Below, piece after piece: positions 57,474 to 64,000 of a DNA stretch of 64,000 bases (positions are counted from its first letter, which is position 1; every line of letters begins with the position of its first letter). The stretch is from the NCBI GenBank assembly GCA_001779595.1, contig MFKO01000002.1, positions 22,279 to 86,278 on the forward strand. The letters are read 5' to 3'. The translations under genes were made by a program, and so were the position numbers. The DNA comes from Candidatus Kaiserbacteria bacterium RIFCSPHIGHO2_01_FULL_46_22. GTDB lineage: Bacteria > Patescibacteriota > Minisyncoccia > Phycocordibacterales > UBA918. The notes below the pieces were generated by a model. The model was not told the origin of the DNA and searched no databases. It saw only the letters and a program-made list of their open reading frames with translations.

Positions 57474-58681
57474 TGCAGCAAACTCCGATCTCATTTGAAA
57501 TAGTGAAGCGTCAGCCCGGGTCTATGGCCCGGGCTGGTGTTATTCATACTCCACACGGCGACATTGAAACGCCGGCCTTTGTGACTGTTGGTACCAAAGC
57601 GACAGTAAAGGCCCTCAAGTCAGAAGATTTGAAAGACTGGGTAGGTGCTCAAGTTGCCTTAGCTAATACCTATCATCTTTATTTGCAGCCAGGTCACGAA
57701 ATAATTAAAGAAGCTGGAGGATTGCAGAAATTCGCCAATTGGGATTTGCCGACCATGACCGATAGTGGTGGCTTTCAAGTGTTTTCGCTTGGAGCGGCTT
57801 TTGGTAAAGGTGTTACCAAATTTGCCAAAGGCGAAGTGGAAGATGATGAAAAGCCACACGTGCATGGACTCAATGTGTATTCACGAGCCTTGGCAGAGAG
57901 TCACGGCAAACTTTGTGTAGTTGATGAGGAAGGTGTGACGTTTACTTCGCATCACGACGGTTCTATGCATCGCTTTACAGCTGAGCGTTCGATTGAAATT
58001 CAGCACGCAATCGGTGCGGATATCATTGTTGCTTTTGACGAATGTACCAGCCCGACTGCAGATTTTGATTATCAAAAAGAAGCGATGGAGCGTACGCATC
58101 GTTGGGCAAAGCGCTCAATAATGGCTCATAAGCAAAACTACGAAGCCCTAAAGAAACAAGGGCTTTACGGTGTGGTGCAAGGCGGACGCTTTCTAGACCT
58201 CCGTCTAGAAAGCGCCCGTACCCTCGCTTCTATGGACTTCGACGGCTTCGGCATTGGTGGGAGTTTCTCCAAAGAAGACTTAGGTGATGCTCTTAAGGTT
58301 GTGAATGAAAACCTGCCGGAAGATAAGCCACGGCACTTGCTTGGTATCGGTGAGCCAGAAGATATTATGGAGGGAGTACGACTCGGTTGCGATACTTTCG
58401 ACTGTGTGGCGCCTACGCGTATTGGACGCACTGGTACTATCTATATCCATACCAGAGACGGAATTAAAAAAGTCAGTATCAAGAAAAGCGAATACGCACG
58501 GGACTTCAGTAAGTTGGACGAGGGTTGTGACTGTATGGTTTGCCAACGTTATACAAAGGCTTACGTATCGCACTTAGTACGCTCAGGTGAGATTTTAGGT
58601 GGCCATCTTTGTTCGATTCATAATCTTTATACGATAGTCAATTTCACCAAGCAGCTGCGTGAGAGTATTTTGCGCTCCTAA
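57473..58681 (+). CDS. tgt: tRNA-guanine transglycosylase
   Basis: TPHG.IETP.F..VGT, NTYHL, TDSGGFQVFSL, DTFDCV.PTR, CDC..C. Confidence 0.96.
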   Translation: MQQTPISFEIVKRQPGSMARAGVIHTPHGDIETPAFVTVGTKATVKALKSEDLKDWVGAQVALANTYHLYLQPGHEIIKEAGGLQKFANWDLPTMTDSGGFQVFSLGAAFGKGVTKFAKGEVEDDEKPHVHGLNVYSRALAESHGKLCVVDEEGVTFTSHHDGSMHRFTAERSIEIQHAIGADIIVAFDECTSPTADFDYQKEAMERTHRWAKRSIMAHKQNYEALKKQGLYGVVQGGRFLDLRLESARTLASMDFDGFGIGGSFSKEDLGDALKVVNENLPEDKPRHLLGIGEPEDIMEGVRLGCDTFDCVAPTRIGRTGTIYIHTRDGIKKVSIKKSEYARDFSKLDEGCDCMVCQRYTKAYVSHLVRSGEILGGHLCSIHNLYTIVNFTKQLRESILRS

Positions 58682-58702
58682 CAAACATGCTAGACTTTAT
58701 AT

Positions 58703-58803
58703 GTAACCGAGGACCTGGGCCCGCCATGGCCCTTCCGCCCTCGGTCGCAGAGCATACCAACCTACGAATCCTGGCGGGCAACTCAAATTGCCCGTCTTTT
58801 TTT
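58703..58803 (+). ncRNA. Candidate ~100-nt structured RNA (riboswitch-like or sRNA) between tgt and uvrB
   Basis: TGcTAGACT -10 at 58691; accgagg/cctcggt stem, gggcc/ggccc hairpin, loop cgcca complementary to tggcg in the terminator 5' arm; T7 tract. Confidence 0.55.
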
Positions 58804-58832
58804 ATTGCCCAACTTCGGATACACTGAGGCCA

Positions 58833-60866
58833 ATGAAATTTGAGCTCGCAACTGACAAAACACCAGCTGGTGATCAGCCACAAGCTATAGAGAAGCTAAT
58901 CGCTGGATTGAAGGCTGGAGCAGAACACCAGACCCTACTTGGTGTGACTGGCTCCGGTAAGACCTTTACCGCGGCCAATGTGATAGCTTCTGTGCAGAAG
59001 CCTACTTTGGTGATCGCCCATAACAAAACTTTGGCTGCTCAGCTAGCGCAAGAATATCGTGACTTTTTTCCTAATAACGCAGTGCACTACTTCGTTTCTT
59101 ATTACGACTACTACCAGCCGGAAGCCTATATGCCGGTGTCCGACACCTATATTGAGAAAGAAGCTCAAATCAATAAGGAAATCGACCGCCTACGTCATGC
59201 TAGTACTCAGGCATTGCTGACGCGCAAGGATGTAATTATCGTAGCTTCGGTTTCTTGTATCTATGGTTTAGGTTCACCGATTGAGTACGAAAAAGTACAT
59301 AAAAAATTTGAGAAAGGTTTTAAAACCAATCGAGCAGAACTTTTGCGCACTTTAGTTTCGATGTATTTTGAACGAACTACCGCTGATCTGATGCCGGGCC
59401 ATTTTCGCGCTGTCGGCAACACTGTGGAAATAATGCCCACCAACGAGAAGGCAATCTATCGCCTAAGCTTTGATGGTGATGTCGTCTCCAGTATCACTAA
59501 GATTGATGCAACGACGCGAGCTATCATTGAAGAATCGGAAAACTTTTTTCTTTTTCCTGCTAAGCATTTCGTTACTCCAGAAGCAGAAAGAGCACGAGCG
59601 ATTGAAGACATTAAGTTAGAACTAGACGAGCAGCTAAAGAAATTTAAGAAGGAAGAAAAGCTGTTGGAAACAGAGCGTTTAAAGCGTCGTACTGACTACG
59701 ACCTCGCAATGATTCGAGAGATCGGTTACTGCAATGGCATTGAGAACTACTCAAGGCATTTCGATGGACGACAGGTGGATGAACCGCCTTATACCTTGCT
59801 CGATTATTTCCCACACAAAGCGGATGGATCTGCAGACTTTCTAACCATTATCGATGAGTCGCACGTAACTATTCCTCAGATCGGTGGTATGTACGCTGGA
59901 GACCGCGCGCGCAAGGATACTTTGGTTGACTATGGTTTTCGCTTGCCAAGTGCAAAAGATAACCGACCGCTGAAGTTTGATGAGTTTGAAAAACGAGTTG
60001 GTCAGCGTATTTACACCTCTGCAACGCCAGGCAAATACGAGTTTGAGAAAGCAGAGACCACGGGATTTCCGATGGTTGAGCAAATCATCCGCCCGACTGG
60101 CTTGGTAGATCCAGAAATTGACCTGCGACCGATTGTTGAGAAAGGCAGTTACCCCGGACAGGTAAAGGATTTCATTGAGGAAGCTGAAAAAATAATCAAA
60201 GGGGGAGCACGCGTGCTTACTACTGTACTCACCAAACAGATGGCTGAAGACTTGGCTGAATTCCTTGAAGGAAAAGGAATCAAAACCAAATACATTCACA
60301 GCGATGTTGAGACATTGGAGCGAATTGAAATTTTGACAGACTTCCGCAAAGGAGTGTTTGACTGTCTCGTTGGAGTGAACCTACTTCGTGAAGGACTCGA
60401 CTTACCAGAGGTTGAGCTTGTGGCAATTCTAGATGCTGACAAGACGGGTTTCTTGCGCAGTGAGACGGCCTTGATTCAGACTATCGGTCGTGCCGCACGT
60501 AACGTAAATGGTCGCGTGATTCTATATGCTGACGAAATCACAAAAGCTCTAGAATTTGCGATAGGCGAGACTAATCGCCGCCGTAGCATCCAGCTGGCTT
60601 ACAACAAAGAACACGGCATTACACCGCAAACCATCAAGAAAGAAATAAAATCAATTGCCGATCAACTCCGAACTGTACACGACGAAACTGTTCATACGCT
60701 GCTTACTGTAGATATGGATTTGTTTAAAAAGAATCCTAAGAAAGTTCTGAAAGAAAAACGCCAGCAAATGAACGAGGCGGTTTCTCTTCTCGACTTCGAA
60801 ACCGCCGCCATCATTCGAGACGAGATCAAAGTTTTGGAGGAGTCTGCCAATCGCAAGAAAAAATAA
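58833..60866 (+). CDS. uvrB: Excinuclease ABC subunit B
   Basis: GVTGSGKT, YFVSYYDYYQPEAY, DESH, NLLREGLDLPEV, QTIGRAAR. Confidence 0.98.
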   Translation: MKFELATDKTPAGDQPQAIEKLIAGLKAGAEHQTLLGVTGSGKTFTAANVIASVQKPTLVIAHNKTLAAQLAQEYRDFFPNNAVHYFVSYYDYYQPEAYMPVSDTYIEKEAQINKEIDRLRHASTQALLTRKDVIIVASVSCIYGLGSPIEYEKVHKKFEKGFKTNRAELLRTLVSMYFERTTADLMPGHFRAVGNTVEIMPTNEKAIYRLSFDGDVVSSITKIDATTRAIIEESENFFLFPAKHFVTPEAERARAIEDIKLELDEQLKKFKKEEKLLETERLKRRTDYDLAMIREIGYCNGIENYSRHFDGRQVDEPPYTLLDYFPHKADGSADFLTIIDESHVTIPQIGGMYAGDRARKDTLVDYGFRLPSAKDNRPLKFDEFEKRVGQRIYTSATPGKYEFEKAETTGFPMVEQIIRPTGLVDPEIDLRPIVEKGSYPGQVKDFIEEAEKIIKGGARVLTTVLTKQMAEDLAEFLEGKGIKTKYIHSDVETLERIEILTDFRKGVFDCLVGVNLLREGLDLPEVELVAILDADKTGFLRSETALIQTIGRAARNVNGRVILYADEITKALEFAIGETNRRRSIQLAYNKEHGITPQTIKKEIKSIADQLRTVHDETVHTLLTVDMDLFKKNPKKVLKEKRQQMNEAVSLLDFETAAIIRDEIKVLEESANRKKK

Positions 60867-60921
60867 AGAGTCTTTTTGCTGGATTGAAAAAAGACTCTAA
60901 AAGGGAAAGAACAAACAGTTT

Positions 60922-61641
60922 CTATTGAGTAAAGGCTGACGCTGAACCGTAGCTTACAGCAGCTATGTTGGTCCGGCGAAAGTCGAACTCCAGTTGTTTT
61001 TTACGGAAACGGAAGACCGGCGCGCATGAGAAGACGCCGTCAGCATCGGGAGCATACTCGTCTCCGGCAAAGTCTATCCAGAGGTCGTTGTTATCCTCTA
61101 CAAATTCTGGGAAACGTTCCGGATGAGTGAGTAGTATAATGCCGCCCGCAAATGCACCAAGTCCGAATTCGTTGTGAGCGAATTTTTCCCGCGAAAGACG
61201 AGTGGAATGTCCGCGGTACTTTATGCCTGTTTGTGCCGGGAGCAGAATAACATTGCTTTTCTGTTTTCGGCCCAACCTTCTCCAGGCATTTTCAGACCTT
61301 ACAGACTGCCGAAGCTCACCTTTGCCAAATGAATACTTCTGGTAATTGTAGAAATTACCATCGTAGCGTTTTTCCAGCTTATCCAGCAGCATTTTTAATG
61401 CTTCGTTGTAGCTGGGTGAAAACGTCTCGAATCTAGGGATCAGAAACGCCCCGTCTGCACCGGGCGCGCTGTAGTTTGCGTCCAGATTGCCAGTGACGTG
61501 TTCGATGCCTGTAAATTCCTTCCGCAAAATCCGCATTTGCTCTGCTAAAGGCTTCGGTTTGTATTCCGACGGGTATTTGTACTCCGAGGCCACGTGCTCA
61601 CTCTCGAACTTTCCGGTGGTATTTTGTACAACCTTGTTCAT
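60922..61641 (-). CDS. Orphan hypothetical protein (SD-led) inserted between uvrB and uvrA
   Basis: TTGACG(61710)-17-CATATT, GGAG SD; LLTHPER...DLWIDFAGDE...YGSASAF; hairpin 60867-60898. Confidence 0.7.
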   Translation of the reverse strand: MNKVVQNTTGKFESEHVASEYKYPSEYKPKPLAEQMRILRKEFTGIEHVTGNLDANYSAPGADGAFLIPRFETFSPSYNEALKMLLDKLEKRYDGNFYNYQKYSFGKGELRQSVRSENAWRRLGRKQKSNVILLPAQTGIKYRGHSTRLSREKFAHNEFGLGAFAGGIILLTHPERFPEFVEDNNDLWIDFAGDEYAPDADGVFSCAPVFRFRKKQLEFDFRRTNIAAVSYGSASAFTQ

Positions 61642-61800
61642 AGCGCATCTCCGTTTCTGTTGTAAGGTACCGCCTAGTAAAAATATGAACCTTATACATT
61701 TAAGCGTCAAGTCTCTCCTCATCTGTGCCAGAAAAAACACTTTATGCTATACTCGCTTCCGTAATAAAACCTTCGGCTCCAACCGGAGGCGGTGTGCTAT

Positions 61801-64000
61801 ATGGCTGTAAAAAAGACCAAAACAGAGATGAACGAAAGAAGCGAGAAAATCGTGGTGCGTGGTGCGCGTACCCATAATTTGAAGAACATTGACGTTGAGA
61901 TGCCTCGCGGGAAAATGATTGCCATCACCGGACCATCTGGTAGCGGCAAGTCTTCGCTGGCATTCGACACCATTTTTGCTGAAGGACAGCGTCGTTATGT
62001 GGAATCGCTTTCGCCTTACGCACGACAGTTTTTGAACAAACTGCAAAAGCCAGATGTCGATGAGATCAGCGGTCTTTCACCGGCTATCTCGATCGATCAG
62101 AAGTCTGCTAGCCGCAACCCGCGCTCCACTGTTGCAACTATTACGGAGATTTATGATTACCTTCGTATTCTTTATGCTCGAGTTGGTCAACCATACTGTC
62201 TTACCGAAGATGTGGCGATCGAGAAGCTTTCACAAGATGAGATTCTTGGCATTGTACTGAAGTCAATCGAAGAGCATGAAGTGAAGGACGCGAAGAAGGA
62301 AAAAGTGTTGGGAATTGAAGTTTCGAAAGGAAAGGTGGCAATTTTTGCACCATTGGTTGTTGGTCGTAAAGGCGAGTACTACCAGTTGCTTTATGATTTG
62401 CTCAACAAAGGTTACGAAACAGTGAAGATCGACGGACAAGTTAAACAACTTCGTGAACGAATTGAACTGAAGAAAAATCAACGACACGATATCGACGTGA
62501 TGATTGATGCTATTTACGTGAGCGAATTCACTGATGATGCCCGAGGTTCACGCGAACGATTGTCAGAAGCAGTCGAATTGGCACTCAAAGAATCGAATGG
62601 TTTGGTAAAAGTGGAGCGACCGGATGGTACTGACCGAACGCTTTCAGCCAAATTCATTTGCCCTATTGACGGCTCGTCTTTTCCAGAGGTTGAACCGCGA
62701 CTCTTTTCATTCAACTCACCTTACGGAGCTTGTCCAGAATGTAACGGTCTTGGAGTCGTAGGTATTTTCCAATCTGATGAGTGTCCGGCCTGTAAGGGTG
62801 CACGTCTGCGTCCAGAAGCCCTTCGTGTTTATCTAGGTGGTGGACCGAAAGACGGAAAGAACGTCGTTGATTTCACTAATATGTCGGTCAATGAGGCGAG
62901 TGACTTTATTGCAAAGTTAAAACTCACTAAGCAACAGCAGGATATCGCTTGGCCAGCCTTGCGCGAGATCATTGAACGCCTAGAGTTTATGAAAAACGTC
63001 GGTATCCAATACCTGACTCTCAATCGTCGTGCCAACACACTTTCTGGCGGCGAGGCACAACGTATTCGTCTTGCTTCTCAGTTAGGAAGTGGATTAGTTG
63101 GCGCGCTTTACGTGCTTGATGAACCTACTATTGGTCTTCACCAACGTGATAATGATCGTTTGATCAGCACGCTCACTTCACTCCGCGATCTCGGCAACAC
63201 CATCATTGTGGTGGAGCACGATGAGGACACTATTTACGCTGCAGACTACCTCATCGATATTGGTCCTGGCGCCGGTGTACATGGAGGAGAAGTAGTAGTA
63301 GCTGATTACTTGGAAAAACTACTCTCTGATAAGAAGAATGAGTCTGGTTCAATTACACTCGATTACTTGCGTGGAGATAAAAAGATCGAGATACCAGAGC
63401 GTCGAGACAGCGAGAAGGGCAAGATTCAGATTAAAGGCGGCAAGGCTTTTAATATCAAGAACTTAAATGTCGATATTCCTCTTGGTCGGTTGATTGCAAT
63501 CACTGGCGTGTCTGGTAGTGGCAAGTCCACTTTTATGTACGAGATTTTGCATAAAAATCTTTTGGCGCGGCTGGAGCGTCGTTATCGTACGGCGAAAACA
63601 TTCAACGTAGCTTCGATCACTGGCACCGAATACCTTGGCCGTTCAGTTCTTATTGACCAATCACCGATCGGACGAACACCACGTTCGAACCCGGCTACAT
63701 ACACCGGTGCCTTCACTCATATACGAGATATGTTTGCCGCTACGGGAGAAGCACGAGCCCGCGGTTGGAAACCTGGACGCTTCTCATTCAATGTTAAAGG
63801 CGGACGCTGTGAGGCTTGTCAGGGTAATGGCGAGATTGCAGTTGAGATGCACTTTTTGCCAACTGTGTATGTGACCTGTGATGTTTGTGACGGAAAACGA
63901 TTTACAAAGGAAACTCTCGAGGTTACTTATCGTAAGAAAAATATTTACGAAGTTCTTCATCTTACTATTGAAGAGGCTTACAACTTTTTTAATGATGTTC
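61801..64000 (+). CDS. uvrA: Excinuclease ABC subunit A (partial, runs off the window end)
   Basis: Read directly: GARTHNLKNI, GPSGSGKSSLAFDT, EGQRRYVESLS, LSGGEAQRIRLA, GVSGSGKST. Confidence 0.97.
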   Translation, partial: MAVKKTKTEMNERSEKIVVRGARTHNLKNIDVEMPRGKMIAITGPSGSGKSSLAFDTIFAEGQRRYVESLSPYARQFLNKLQKPDVDEISGLSPAISIDQKSASRNPRSTVATITEIYDYLRILYARVGQPYCLTEDVAIEKLSQDEILGIVLKSIEEHEVKDAKKEKVLGIEVSKGKVAIFAPLVVGRKGEYYQLLYDLLNKGYETVKIDGQVKQLRERIELKKNQRHDIDVMIDAIYVSEFTDDARGSRERLSEAVELALKESNGLVKVERPDGTDRTLSAKFICPIDGSSFPEVEPRLFSFNSPYGACPECNGLGVVGIFQSDECPACKGARLRPEALRVYLGGGPKDGKNVVDFTNMSVNEASDFIAKLKLTKQQQDIAWPALREIIERLEFMKNVGIQYLTLNRRANTLSGGEAQRIRLASQLGSGLVGALYVLDEPTIGLHQRDNDRLISTLTSLRDLGNTIIVVEHDEDTIYAADYLIDIGPGAGVHGGEVVVADYLEKLLSDKKNESGSITLDYLRGDKKIEIPERRDSEKGKIQIKGGKAFNIKNLNVDIPLGRLIAITGVSGSGKSTFMYEILHKNLLARLERRYRTAKTFNVASITGTEYLGRSVLIDQSPIGRTPRSNPATYTGAFTHIRDMFAATGEARARGWKPGRFSFNVKGGRCEACQGNGEIAVEMHFLPTVYVTCDVCDGKRFTKETLEVTYRKKNIYEVLHLTIEEAYNFFNDV

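Noticed and set aside
58703-58803. preQ1 or ZTP riboswitch, SRP RNA or HDV-like ribozyme
   Set aside because: It lies downstream of tgt and lacks the conserved cores of these families as I recall them; kept as an unknown RNA.
51540-61800. LexA/SOS boxes upstream of umuD, uvrB and uvrA
   Set aside because: No shared palindrome or known LexA consensus found by eye.
1-64000. Alternative genetic code (TGA recoded) or prophage
   Set aside because: Conserved genes are full length in code 11 and htpX and umuC end at TGA; no phage hallmark or integrase genes seen.

Overview
A gene-dense bacterial chromosome segment in standard genetic code. Gene content and style suggest Patescibacteria/CPR, probably Parcubacteria (inference). 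Housekeeping genes include rnj, secG, groES-groEL, lemA-htpX, typA, rlmB, tgt, uvrB, a partial uvrA and tRNA-Ser(GGA). Envelope and surface genes include META, Gmad2, CAP, a pilin, a 1609-aa adhesin-like protein, a GH1/GH-A/EamA cluster and three ATP-grasp ligases. No CRISPR, integrase or transposase is visible. Main unexplained structure: (1) two expression grammars, with core genes apparently leaderless (-10 box 6-7 nt before the start) and about ten orphan cassettes carrying strong Shine-Dalgarno sites, most also with a TTGAC(A) promoter and terminator, including several unannotated small ORFs; (2) degenerate tRNA-3'-end-like direct repeats delimiting accessory gene cassettes at the left edge; (3) a riboswitch-like pseudoknot/terminator RNA before uvrB and a uORF/attenuator-like leader before the giant surface protein; (4) a remodelled DNA-repair kit (UmuD that looks pre-processed and catalytically dead, UvrA lacking its insertion domain); (5) long nested palindromes after groEL, htpX and the tRNA. 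Functional calls come from motif recognition only; no database searches were run.
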